From Trichoplax adhaerens (lineage: Eukaryota > Animalia > Placozoa), in assembly GCF_000150275.1 (NCBI RefSeq), contig NW_002060953.1, positions 965,693-1,029,692 on the forward strand: a DNA stretch of 64,000 bases. The letters run 5' to 3'. The position numbers and the translations under genes were made by a program. Positions 41,990 through 54,850 of the stretch are shown piece after piece (the stretch's first letter is position 1; each line of letters opens with the position of its first letter). The notes below the pieces were generated by a model. That model saw only the letters and a program-made list of their open reading frames with translations, ran no database searches and had not been told where the DNA came from.

Positions 41990-42169
41990 TAGCCCTAACC
42001 ATTTTGCATAACCTACTTTGTACCCTTCGTTGAAGCTGTCCTGCTGCACATTAGACATGTATTGACATATCTAAAAGAAAATAAAAAATCAATAAATACA
42101 TGTCTAATGTATCAGTAGGGCAGCTTAAACGAAATGTACAAATTAATTTATGCAAAATAGTTAGGCCTA
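41990..42169. mobile_element. hAT-like MITE (180 bp, about 75-bp inverted arms, 8-bp TSD)
   Basis: Left arm TAGCCCTAACCATTTTGCATAA..CATTAGACATGTATT matches the reverse complement of the right arm TAGGCCTAACTATTTTGCATAA..CATTAGACATGTATT. Flanked by CTATGCAG (41982-41989) and CTATCCAG (42170-42177). Confidence 0.75.
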
Positions 42170-42219
42170 CTATCCAGGTGTTGATGATTCAATCATACAG
42201 CATGCACAAAAAGTTATAC

Positions 42220-42525
42220 CTATGGCGTAGTTCATAGCTGTAACAGGAATTTAGGTGGTAGCACTGTAGCTATAATAGTTGGGTATAATCTTACACGAAG
42301 TATTAAGGCTATATCTCAAGTAGTAAAAAGTTCTAGTGAACTTTTCAGCAGTCTATTTTGCTCCTCGTGATGAGCTGCCATATTGGATGTGGTAACCTCA
42401 TTTACGCCCATAAGTATAGGTACCCAAACATGACTATTGAATATCATAATATGACCGCAGAAAAATACACCTACTGCAAGTAGAAAGCGAATTACTTTCA
42501 ACTGGACTCAAAATACTTTCTCCAT
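42220..42525 (-). pseudogene. possible disrupted type II membrane protein exon
   Basis: The ATG at 42525 reads MEKVF*VQLKVIRFLLAVGVFFCGHIMIF...LFTT*DIALILRV..., i.e. a signal-anchor-like segment with in-frame stops. It is preceded by an acceptor and followed by a GT donor. Family not recognised. Confidence 0.3.
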
Positions 42526-44365
42526 CTTTTTACCAATGCAATCAAACGTTTATTGATGCTACTAGACAGAAAGTATTAAACATCGATGGTTCTAAACTGA
42601 AATAAACGGCTAAAACTACGGAATATTAGCATAAATTGAATTCTAGATCGAAGTTGATACTCGTATAGGCTCTAGACTAGGCTTGGAAAAGACTGCGCCA
42701 TACGGTACTGCGCTTTATAGCATTTTGTATAAGTATTTGCTGCGCCTTTTTTACACTATCATTCTACAGAACTCTACGTTGGGCGCTGCCTTGTGTCCTA
42801 GACGGACGGACAGAAAGCATTGGAAAATTTCAACTTCTTTCATTCTACAATCACTCAGTTGGTTTACCTTTGCCTTTCCATATAAATACTGTACCAATAT
42901 AGCATGGTACGCGTCTGTACCCTACGCCTTGACTGCTTAGGTCATTCATCTTCGCCCGATTTTTTAGATGGCTACTACGATCTTCCTATCATAATACGCT
43001 GATAGAATTAACTTAATCCATTTCTGTATAGTATCGTCTTCATTTCATCCTTTCAAGAATCCATTTAGCTATTAACTAGCTAAGCAACTTAATAGCAGGA
43101 TATGAAACGATCAGGTAACGAATAGGATTTTGACTTGAATTATTGGGCTACGCCTGAATGTAGAAAATGATGATCATAATAACATGAAGGATAATTTAGG
43201 ACGATTAGAAATGAATAGTTAAGGACTTTAGTTTACTCTAGCTTAAAAATGAAAATAATGTTAAGTATTTATTGGGCCTCTAAATCTCTGTTTAAAGTGG
43301 CTCATTACGATTTCTGACGACAAATAAGTTCAGACGTCGTGTTATTATCAATAAAAAAAATACTGTAGAAGGCCTTCCTACAATGGAGGTAAAACGATGA
43401 TCCGATTCGATTGGTAGGGTGATTTCAAGAATTGTTAGCCAGCTATTGATGACGCTGTCCTATGCACTCTTGCAGCATTGTGGATACGACATAAGCTACA
43501 ACTAATTCAGAAAATCTTGGTTATTTCTTGCCAAGTATATGGAATGGAAAGTTAATTATTTCTTCCTTCTTCACGTCGTTTTAAATACGTATGAATATAA
43601 CCTCTACTTCTGTTTACGTTGGAAGTTGATATTTATACCCTGGTGTTTCTTGCCCAAAATTAGCGATTGATAACCGGAAGTCGAAACGATTTCATGTGAC
43701 AATGATACAAGTACAGACTGCATCCTCTATAGCCGCCAATATTTGTACGATAATCTAGAAAGCACGACCCAAACTTGGCTTATTGCATCCCTTAACGTAA
43801 CGTTCAATCAGTAATGGTGGTTACGCATCAACACTGATCGAGCTGTCATCAATACCGAAGTCGAAAATCAGTCATTTAGTAGATTAAAATACTCAACAAA
43901 TTTCTTTCCTTCCTTACTACTGATATATTGGGTAATATTATTCATAAATACAACCAATTGATAGAGAAATTAATCCTAAATCAGTACTTTCTATAATTAA
44001 TATAAATAATTGAAGTTCCGTAAATCAAATGATCAAAAAAATCATTAGAGCTCTGGACTTGAGAGGTTTTCAGTATTATACAGTACAGTTATGTAAAGCC
44101 TTAACCAATCCTATCTCGTAGAAGTAAGCAATTTCTCCTTGGTAAAAAATTTAAAAAATAGCTATCTTCCGGCCCCCAAATGCCGCAGCATACTTTCTAC
44201 CTCATACCAATTTCATATCACGCTTGTAGTTAACGTGTATCCTTAATACAGGCAAAACCAAATTCAACTTTTGTAGTTGAAAATTTTTATATCTTATTTA
44301 TAATGTTACTTGCAGCGTAGAAATACCACGCTAATAACATGATTGGATATCGTGGTCACATTTAG

Positions 44366-45229
44366 GATACCCAGGAGCTGATGGAAGCAATAAACAATTT
44401 CTCGAAGAAGAAAATGATCGAATGACTGATGAAATGTCTCATAAAGTTTCAGCGCTAAAAACGGTAAATTATAGGAACTTTTTTTACGTATTCTGTCATC
44501 AAGCAGCAAACATTGAAGAGTTTTGGTAAATGACCGAGTTATTTACTAAGAATGAGTAAATCTTAACTACTAGGACAAGTGTTAAGATATTCTATAAATA
44601 CATTTACCTTGTTTGAAATGTAGTTTTATAACGTGAATCTTAATTGAATGAGTTAATACTTGTTATAATCAATACCACTACGCCTCTACTACCGACTTGA
44701 TTTCGTATGCTAAATTTTGCGACTTTTGTCTCATGATAGATATCTATCCAAATGGGAGATGAAATACGTGGCCAGACAAAGTGGTTAAAAGATATGGTAT
44801 CGGATATTAATTATAATCGCTAAATTTTAAATTTGGGTATACACATCATAGTATATCTTATTTTAGATATTGCATGGCAAACAGAGATATCAATATAACA
44901 TAGTAATAGCTATAAAATTTTGGAACGTATATTTATCTCAAATTGTACTAAATTATGTGAGATTATTATGCACTTGCAAAAATTTAGTATCTTTGAGATC
45001 CATTTAGGATTGTAAGAAATTAGCTTTCTAATTTTAACTTTATACTAAGAACGATTTGCTGCTATTGCTATAGGATACAGACTTTGATAAAACTGGAGGA
45101 TTTCTACAAGGTGCGATGGGAAAATTGACCTCCTTAAGTAGAGCTGGCCATGGTTGGATTTGGTGTTATATGCTGCTGTTTGTTTTATTCGTGTTCTTCG
45201 TAATTTATATTGTATTAAAATGGAAATAA
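44366..45229 (+). CDS. BET1: BET1 Qc-SNARE (first exon/start not resolved)
   Basis: Exon 44366..44463 (GYPGADGSNKQFLEEENDRMTDEMSHKVSALKT), 44740..44796 (ISIQMGDEIRGQTKWLKDM), 45074..45229 (DTDFDKTGGFLQGAMGKL..C-terminal TM, stop). An ETS-like CCGGAAGT at ~43674 may mark the promoter. Confidence 0.88.
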
Positions 45230-46591
45230 ATCTTATGATTGATATGATGTGTAAAAGTAATGGAATGTAACAACCATGTTGCTATTTGATGCATAGCTAA
45301 GAAAAATTCGTTGTGTTATAATACAAACTTTGCAATAATAGTGATTTAATCTTTAATTATTATGATATACCTTGATGTACTATACTATATCATAAATTTT
45401 GTATCAATTAATATTTAGTAAAGTCACTTTTCGAATTCAAAATGGATATAACAAAAAGTTTTACTGGCCATATCGGTGCAACTAAATCTATAACTATTCT
45501 ACAGGATAAGGATTTAACCTTTCTGAGAGCATTTTAAACAATGACACATATATCTATACCAGATTCAAATACCGTTTCTCAATCAAATTTTGCGCGTGTA
45601 CTGTATTACACACCTTGATCATTAATTAGAAATGCATGCTACGATTCTCTGTGTCATTTTATTACATCAGAACAGAAACTGATTCATATATTATGGCTTT
45701 GCTACTCGAACATGGCAAAGACGTATGATATAAAGCAAATGTAGATTCTACAGTAGACATTTATTCAGACATTAATAAGTTCGCTCAGTCTTAAAACTTA
45801 TATATCGAGGACAACTTGCACCATACAGTAAAATCTAATCAAATCAAGTTGTACATATTTTATATAAATACATAATTTTTATTTAAGCAATGAATTGCTC
45901 CAGATTGCCAAATAATAACACAAATAATTTATATGCCCCTGCACTTATACTTATGTATACATAATTGATATACAACATATATGACATATGTGTACGTAGC
46001 ACGATTCTGTTGTAATAAAGCACATTAATAGTATTTCATTGTATGATTCATTATCAGCCTCAAATGCATCATAAGGCACTATAATATATATTTACTGCAC
46101 AAGTTATTACTTTTCGTCAATAGCTTTCTTAAATATAAAATACAATACTGGTATGTAACACACACCATGGATAAAAATTGTATATGATTAAACAGATTTG
46201 TAGACCAAAATATCATCAAGTTATAATCGCTTGGCCTATAAAAATTTGCGATATGAAAATTTGCTACAGTAAAACAACGATAAAAGAATCAATTATAAAA
46301 AGTTTAATAATAATCTTTTTCATTAATAATTAATTATAATCTCGAATCGTAACAAATTTTTTATGAACAAATCAGCATAAAACAGATAGATAAATTAGAA
46401 ATAATTCTCATGAGTAAATAATCAAAAGTTGCAGTAAAATATAGTAGTATTTAATTTACGATCATTATTAAATATTCCATAAAGTATTCTTAATATATCC
46501 AATACTGCAATAACGACTAAAATTATCATTTAGCTTGCAAGTTTATTACGATGTAATGCGATCAAATTTCGGTAGTAAGCGTAAGTTAGAT

Positions 46592-49500
46592 TTAATCTTC
46601 GAAAAAAACATCATCATCTTCTTCATTTGCTAGTTGTCTTCTTACTGTATATACATCGTTATTCCATAAACTGGTTTTTCTACCTCTTACGGGTTGATTC
46701 ATAGAATAGCCTTTCCTGTATAGCATAAGGAGAAATAAATTAATTTGAGCAACTAGCATTTTACTGCAATAGCGGAAAAAGTTGATAAAAAATTGTAATA
46801 CTATATTGAATCACTATCAGTACACTATATCACACACTATACTATACCGTCAATTTAAGATAACATTACCTCAGCCATCTAATAAAGAATAGATAACCAC
46901 CAAGCAGGCAAACAGCCAATGCTCCACCAATAATACCATCTCGAATCACTATAAATTAGAAATAAACCACGTTATAGATAACATAACCTAGACGACAGCT
47001 AAAAAATTTATCAACATATTCAAAATACAGATTGTTAAATTGATGATACGAACTTCGATCTTGTTTACGCCTTATGAGCGTTTCATTCTTTGGCACTGGT
47101 AGACAAAGATTATCGTTGGACGGAAATGTCATTCTATAAAATCCATCTCTACATAAACATTGTCGATTCGTTCCGCAAAAACTGTTATTATAAGCACAAT
47201 GCTTGTCTTCAGTGCAACCGGATATTGGCATACAACCGTTATTAATGCGCTGAAATCCAACCTGTTGACAATGTATAAATTTTAGTATAAAATAATCCAT
47301 AAATAAGAGATTACAGTGAAACATAGCTTCCAATTAACTAACAGAAAATGAGAATATATTGACGTTTAATTTGGTATAGAGTACACACGATGATCAATAA
47401 CATCATGTTAGTCTACTTACAATACAAACACAACGTCCATCCCGACATTCCTGGTTTGCGTTAGAGCATTCCGGCTGACATTGAATATTATCGGGTGGCA
47501 TAGTTAATTTATTGCAGCCAGTCACATTCTTTCCGGTGCTACTATCAACACACCAAATTTCCCTGTTGCCGGATTGTATCGACCACTTACCAGTACGCCA
47601 GATAAATTGAGCACATGTAGCCTCAGATGGTAAACATCTTGTAACTTCAACCAAATTATTAGGGCAAGGTAAACCACCAGCATTAGCTTGATGTATAATT
47701 TGACGAGCTCTTACACGATAACCATTACCATTTTTCTGGTTGCAATCATAATGACATGGGCTATAATTACTCCAAGTTGTTAAGACGCAATCGCCTTTAC
47801 AAGAGATATAACAGTCTTCCTTAGTGCCTATATCTAGTGTCGACTCTTTTACGTTAAATCCAATCTTATTTTCATTAGCCTTGATTAAGGTAGCAATACA
47901 TTTTGAAGTATCAACTTCTAAACCATCATTTCGAATACAACGAATAGTACGATATCGTTTACCATGGCCGCATTCACTACCAACAGTGGTACAACGAGAC
48001 CAATGACCTCTTGTAATACGATAATTGAAACATGGTTTTACATTACAAGGAAGTGATTGAAGCAAATGTTGGTGTTGTGGACAAGGTCTACCATTTCCAG
48101 TGGCATTATATAATATATAGCGCTGCCGCGTAATTGTTCCATTCAATCCACAGCTAGCAGAACAAGATGACCATGATGACCATTCTGATAAAATACAATC
48201 AGTATTACACGGAACGTTACAATCACGCATTGTCGGTAAATTATTATTTGAGCAAAGTGATGAACCAACAACGACACCGTCACTTCGTTGGCAGTTAATA
48301 GCACGAAATTGTACTCCTTGACCGCATATTGGAGAAGATGGTACACAACGTGTCCACGGTGACACTGTCCAATAGTACTTATGGCAAGAATTAACGATAC
48401 ATGCTTCAGCTTGGACGGTATCAGTACAATCTAAACCAGATATATCGCGCAATAAGTATCGCGTTCTACGACGACTACCACGACTACAAGTTTGACTGCA
48501 TGATGACCATTCAGACCACATACTATAGCCACATTGATTGGAACAGCTAATTTGACATGGTTCAACGTTAACAGGTTGCATAATTAAAGCTTCACATAGA
48601 CGCTTTGGTATAGGCGATTGGTTAGAATCGATACAATATACTTTGCGTGTTCGTCCGCCATGACCGCAAGAGCTTCCATTATTTAGAATACATTGACTCC
48701 AAGCGCCGGTAAACCATGAGATACCATGACAAGACCTTTGCTGGCATACTTCTGTCTCTTGTAGATTACCGCATCGTTTCACGTTACCCGATGCGTAATG
48801 GATAATTTGACGTTTCCTTCTTTTGATACCATAGCCGCATTCTTGATCACAATCACTCCAATGTGACCATTGTGTCATTTGGCAATGGAGTCCACAGTCA
48901 ATTGTACATGTTTTCAAAGTAGCTGGTATACTATCCACATATTTGATACATACATCATTGTCAACAATTGTATTATCACTTCGTTCACATAACAAGCTAC
49001 GCTTTTGTATACCTTTGCCACAGTTAGCATTGTCCAGTGTTAATACACAGCTATGCCACTGTCCAATGAGCCATTTATACGTGAAACATTGATCATTGAT
49101 GCAGTTAGTAACTTGCTTCAGATCTGCTTCAACAGTATGTTTACAAACTTGGAGGCCAGTTGACATATTGTAGTTATAAAAATGACGAACTCGATACTTA
49201 CGATCAGCATTATGATTACAGTTACTAGAACACTTTGACCAAGCAGACCATTCACTTAAAGAGCAGTCATTACTGCATGGTATTGAGCATGAACGAACAT
49301 GATCAGGTGCATTCAGTAAACTATTATTGATACAGACTTCATGATCGTCCATGGTATATCCATTATATACACAATCCACTTGCCTTGATTGAATTCCACC
49401 ACCACAAGCCATTGTTGAATTTTCTTGAAGTAATTTACACGATGACCAAGGGTGAGTAACCCATTGATATTGTGTTCTATTCTGACACGGTGGTAAATCG

Positions 49501-51398
49501 CATAAACGTTTTTGAAGTACAATTCCATCTATCGTTCCATTATTAGGGCATGGCTTGCCACCATGGAGTGGATACTGCATAATAAATTTGGAACGTGTTG
49601 AATAACCTTCACCACAAGATTGAGAACAGATCGACCATGTTGTCCATTGACTTGATAATTTGCAATCAATAGGACAAGGAATATCGCAATCGCGATTATT
49701 TGCTGGGATAGAATGATTACCTAACAGTGATGAACAATTGACCAAGCGCATCTGTTGACCTGTACCAATTCCACAAGTACTATTTGGTTTTGGTATACAT
49801 GCATTCCATTGGCTAACAGTACAAATATCTTTTAAGCAATCAGTACAAGAACGTGTTTCTTCTAAATGATTGACAGATTCGCAATTCCTTCCAGTGCCTA
49901 ATAAGTAACGCTGACGTTTACTCACCTTAGAGCAATTACCATGACAATCTGACCAACTTGTCCACTCAGAAAGTATGCAATCATCAAGGCAAGGTATTAA
50001 ACAAGATCTATCTCGTGATGGTCGAGGCAAATGACTACAATTTTGATCGCTTAAAGTGCTACCATCATGCGATACGCAATAAACACTCCTTAAGGAAGTG
50101 CCTCGACCACATTGTGAATTCAATTGATCAGGTAAGCATCTACTCCATGCATCTGTGCGCCAATGAGAACAATTATTTTGACTACATCGTTGAGATTGGT
50201 TGAGAATGCCACAATCTTTGCCTGCATTCATAGGTGGGATAATAATTTTACGATGGCGTGAAGTAATACCAATACCACAGCTATTGGAACATTTTGACCA
50301 ATCTGACCATTGGCCTGTTAAACAATCTTGGCTACAATGAATAGAACAGCCACGAGCAAGGCTAACACGATCAATCTCTGTCTTATTCTTTTGGCAAAAT
50401 TGATTTTCGACAATGGTGTTGCTATCACTATTGACGCAAATTATAGATCTTCGTTGTATGCCATTTTGGCAAGTAGAATTTTTATTCTGTACCGATGGAT
50501 CGATGCTACATGCTCCCCAATCGGTGATAATCTGACGATAGTTGTTGGTACTCTTACTACTACAAATGGGTAATATGCAAAGTTGCTCTTGAGATAAAAG
50601 GGGGCAAGCTTGACCACCATTGATAGGATAGCGTAAAATTCGACGATATCTTTTTTGTATAAAGCTTGAAGGTGATGAAGTATTAGCACACCCTTGACAT
50701 GCTGGACTCCAATTCTTCCAATCCGATACTAAACAATCGACTTTTGGATAGCATAGTTCATCAAAAGTGGTACGAATATTGAGGTTCCTTGGACAGTAAT
50801 GGTCGGCAATATAATTGCCATTGCGATCGATACAAACTAAGTTGCCTTTTCGTACTTGAATGTCGGCGTCATCTACTATGTAATCTTCACATTGACCAAG
50901 ATGCGATTTCCACACAGTGGATGATACAAGTTGGATGGATTGATTGCACGGCATTGAGTTATAACATGCTTGTTGTTGATACGTCGTTGGGCAATGGTAG
51001 ATTTGTTGCTGATTGGGAACAGCTAAAACTTGACGATGACGAGATTGTATCCCTTGACCACAAGTTGTTGAGCAAGGACTCCAACTGGACCATAGACTGA
51101 GTATGCAAGCATTGGATTGAGAACATGATGAACACGGTTGAAGATTGGGTGGTCTTGATAAATGACGACAATAATAATTGGGTACAAGCTGTTGATCTCG
51201 TTGACGTCGACATGTTACCTGGCGTGGTTGACCACAATTTAAGCGGCAACAAGGTGAAATCGGATGACGACTATATTGCCAAGTATCAATGAATTGGCAG
51301 TCTTGCCAAGGGGTCGTCTTCCATACAAATTGACCACTGGTACATGCTACCAATAGAGTCATGACGATCACTAAAAGTAAATTGATTAATTTGACCAT
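46592..51398 (-). CDS. THSD7A/B-like thrombospondin type-1 repeat type I membrane protein
   Basis: Signal peptide MVKLINLLLVIVMTLLVACTSG (ATG 51398). Exon 51398..47421 (~4 kb) of alternating TSP1 repeats (WxxWSxCS..RxR and WxxxxWxxC types). Cys-rich EGF/EB-like exon 47261..47054. TM exon 46948..46870 (IIGGALAVCLLGGYLFFI). Cytoplasmic exon 46715..46592. Confidence 0.88.
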
Positions 51399-51937
51399 CG
51401 TTATTGAAGTGATTTTTGCAATGTTGGAAAATATCCTTTCGAAACTGTTTCTGTCTTGAAGAGAAGCAGACGATGAATTGCAATGCCTAAAAATGAAGAA
51501 GAGAGTCAAAATGTCACGGTGCTAATTTATTGGTCCTTTTAACACTGAATGACGTCAATGGAGTATTTTACCTCCATGGGTACCGACAGTACTGTACGAT
51601 AACTACATTGAAATGGGCAATGGATAAAAGCGATGACTAGTGTATGATAATTAATGAAGCAGCGTTATTATAATGATAAAATTGTTTTGAATAAGATTGG
51701 ATTTGCAGTTCAATCGTTTGAAAAGAGAGAAAGAAACCAAAATTGATTTCTTAAAAAGGCAAAAGAAAAAATAACAAGGAAAAAGAATGCCGGTACACAT
51801 AGGGGAAAAAAATGGATTGAAAATGATGCAAGAACCATGATCATTCCATTCAGTCATTTTTTTCCTTTCTTTTACCTCTCTTTCAAAACGACATCCAGAC
51901 GATAGAGAATACTCAGTCTATGCTACCGGCTATAAAC

Positions 51938-52094
51938 NNNNNNNNNNNNNNNNNNNNNNNNNNNNNNNNNNNNNNNNNNNNNNNNNNNNNNNNNNNNNNN
52001 NNNNNNNNNNNNNNNNNNNNNNNNNNNNNNNNNNNNNNNNNNNNNNNNNNNNNNNNNNNNNNNNNNNNNNNNNNNNNNNNNNNNNNNNNNNNNN
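51938..52094. other. assembly gap (N run) followed by a poly-C tract
   Basis: N run; C17 at ~52102-52118. Confidence 1.
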
Positions 52095-54652
52095 TTGCCC
52101 TCCCCCCCCCCCCCCCCCTCAAATCAGCAAGGAATGATGCGACCGAAGCGTCCATGATTGAAGTGAAAGACACAACGATACCAGAAATGGAGCGTAAGAC
52201 AAAAGACTGAAGCGTTAAGTCGACGTCGAGTGAATGACGCCGTTGGATTCAATCAATCTTGACTTACCTAGATTAAGAGTTTAGCGTTATGGCTTGTTAA
52301 TCGTTGGCACGATTAAGCAAGGAATAAGTCAATGGGAGACGATCGTATCCTATCCAATGGAGGAGAAAAGCAACTCTTTTACATAGGATTGGATAGATAG
52401 TTATAGAAAAAGAGAAAAACTTGTACAGACATGATTGGACTTACGTTGGTGTCGTCAATGGAGATAAGAAAGCTGAAAGCGTTCGACTTATCAGCGATCA
52501 ACGTTGCACTGGACAGCCACAGCGTCAACAGGCATCCAATTCTGAAAATGGTTCAACAGCAACAAAAGTATACTGTGACGAACGGATTTCAAGCTGAGAA
52601 TTGACAGAGCATCATTAAAATAATAATCATACCTTACAGCAAGAAGAATCGATGTCTATCGCAAGTTCACCGGGAAAATATTTTCTGAACTGAGCCCAAA
52701 AATAGGTCCAAAATAAAATCAATTTGTACAATGACCAATTAGAATAATAATAATACAGTACAGTAATGCACGATGAAAGCACAATCAATTGGACTGTAGC
52801 ACTACAGTGTAAAGTATGGTGGATGATAAAACCGGTTTTCAGTTACGGACTTACGGCACGCAAGACGGTCGGCATGGCTGATTCGACCTGAGATCGGTTC
52901 AATACCTTTATGGTCTATATCAGGCTGATTACTATTTCATGTTAAGGGTACAATGTATAATTTGCACTCTAGTCAGGTGCTTTAGGACAGTATTGTAGTG
53001 GATTTATCGTTGGATGCAATAGAAATCATGGGATAATAAGTGAACTGCTTGTTCTTTGACTTTGGAGGCACGGCAACTGCAATGGTTGGGTAGTTTGCCA
53101 ATCGATTTCATCTCTGGAGCCCAAAAGTGGGACAAATTAGGCCATGATGGATTATGGGATTTCTATCCAGGTCATCATGTTACCAACCCAGTAGTCCTCT
53201 ACAGTCTACGCTCATACTCGTATACTGTACCTGTATTGTAAGTAGAATCATGCAATGATGGATTATGGGATTTCCGTACTGGTCATTGCTGACGGCTAGT
53301 CAAGAAATCATTTTTCTTCCACTAGGGTGGTTGAAGAAAAAGAAAGAAAATAGAATCAAGTGATCATTGGGACTGGACAGTCGTTGATGAAGAAAGTAGT
53401 CGCTACTTTCTTCCTCAAGTCATCATGCTTGCTCATTTTCATGCCCGTGATAGAAAACTAGATAAAGTACAGTACTGTAGAACGTAGAGTGCAACTCTAT
53501 CCATACGAGACTTGCAAACTCATGAGGACTAGCAATTAAAAACAAGAATATATCCAAGTTATACCATAGGCAAAAAGACAACAGCCCAAGGACATTTTGC
53601 CTTTCAGCTAGCTGAGACCTTTCTTTCTTTCCCTTACAGTGTATTTGCGGACTGTAGTCTTGTACTGTACACTGGAGGATACAAAGCCAATTGTATCACT
53701 TTTAGCAATTCTTCTTGTCGTACTGCACTGTAGAAGCAATCGTGGATAGCCATGGCCGTTGTTTACTCTATTAGACTAATAGCTTGCAATTCAATGTTAT
53801 TTATTTACCTTCTTTATTTTGCAACAATTTGTAGAACAAGTTGTAATCAGATTCACTGATTACAGCACAATCATGATCATAATCCATGAGGATGACTACA
53901 ACAGGCACCTTGTCAATAGACGTTTTTTTTCCTCTGCAAACCCACTACTCACGATTGAAAGGAAGTCCGAGACAAATCCCCTTAATGGAATCCAACTGCA
54001 ATAAGTATTGCAAAGGGTTGAATGCAATCTCTACAAACTCATCGACATACAAATATAATGTCAATCAAAGTGTCTAATTACCCAATCAATCCGTACAATA
54101 CTCTACTCTGATCAATATTTTACACCCTCACTTAAAGGCTACATCTAGCAAGTAGCTTTAAACACTGTAGTCTCTCGTCACAAAGCGGTCAAACATTCTA
54201 ACATCATCATCAGTAAAGGCTATTTGACCTTCAATGACGGTGATTGCTGTCAGCTAGTGCCAGAAAAAATAAACTTGATACAATCATGACGATGTAAAAC
54301 ATGATTGACTGTGCTCGTAAGACGTAGTTACGGGGTACTACTGCATTGGCACAGTCATTAATAGTCAATAGCTTCCATGGCCCGATCTTTGGCCAAGCAT
54401 AAATGTCCTACAGGTCAGCTGTAGGCTACATCTAATCATTGGTAGTCCAGCGAAACGCAAGCTTGTTTTACGGTAGTTGCCGAAAATGGCTCAACCGTGT
54501 CAGGGACAACTCTACCATTTTAACCTCTAAAAAAGAAGAGTCTCTTCTTACAGGGGAAAATCGTGGAGTAGTCCCTGATCGTGTGAACAAGTCCAAATTT
54601 CTTGGCGATACCAGTAATCAAGTCATGATTAGCACAACAAGGAAGCTGACGG

Positions 54653-54850
54653 AAGCTTATTGAATCAGGGTAGCAATCAGTCAGTTATTGGAATAAGCGA
54701 GCTTGATACAGCCATGAAGAAGCAACATTTCCTGACTATATCAGGAAGGAAGTCACTATATTATGAACACAATAAGAAAGCTTATAGAACCAGGATAGCA
54801 ATCAGCTAGTTGCCGGAAAGAAGCGAACTTGATGCAATCATGAACAGCTC
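54653..54850. repeat. degenerate direct repeat, period about 125 bp
   Basis: AAGCTTATTGAATCAGGGTAGCAATCAG..AAGCGAGCTTGATACAGCCATGAA versus AAGCTTATAGAACCAGGATAGCAATCAG..AAGCGAACTTGATGCAATCATGAA. Confidence 0.65.

Noticed and set aside
41990-42525. Selenoprotein with in-frame TGAs and a downstream SECIS hairpin
   Set aside because: The hairpin lacks the AUGA/GA quartet and has TIR/TSD features, a TAG also interrupts the frame, and the TGA contexts are not Cys-like.
44238-44250. GTATCCTT as a U12-type 5' splice site for BET1
   Set aside because: No matching branch site and no open upstream exon could be found.
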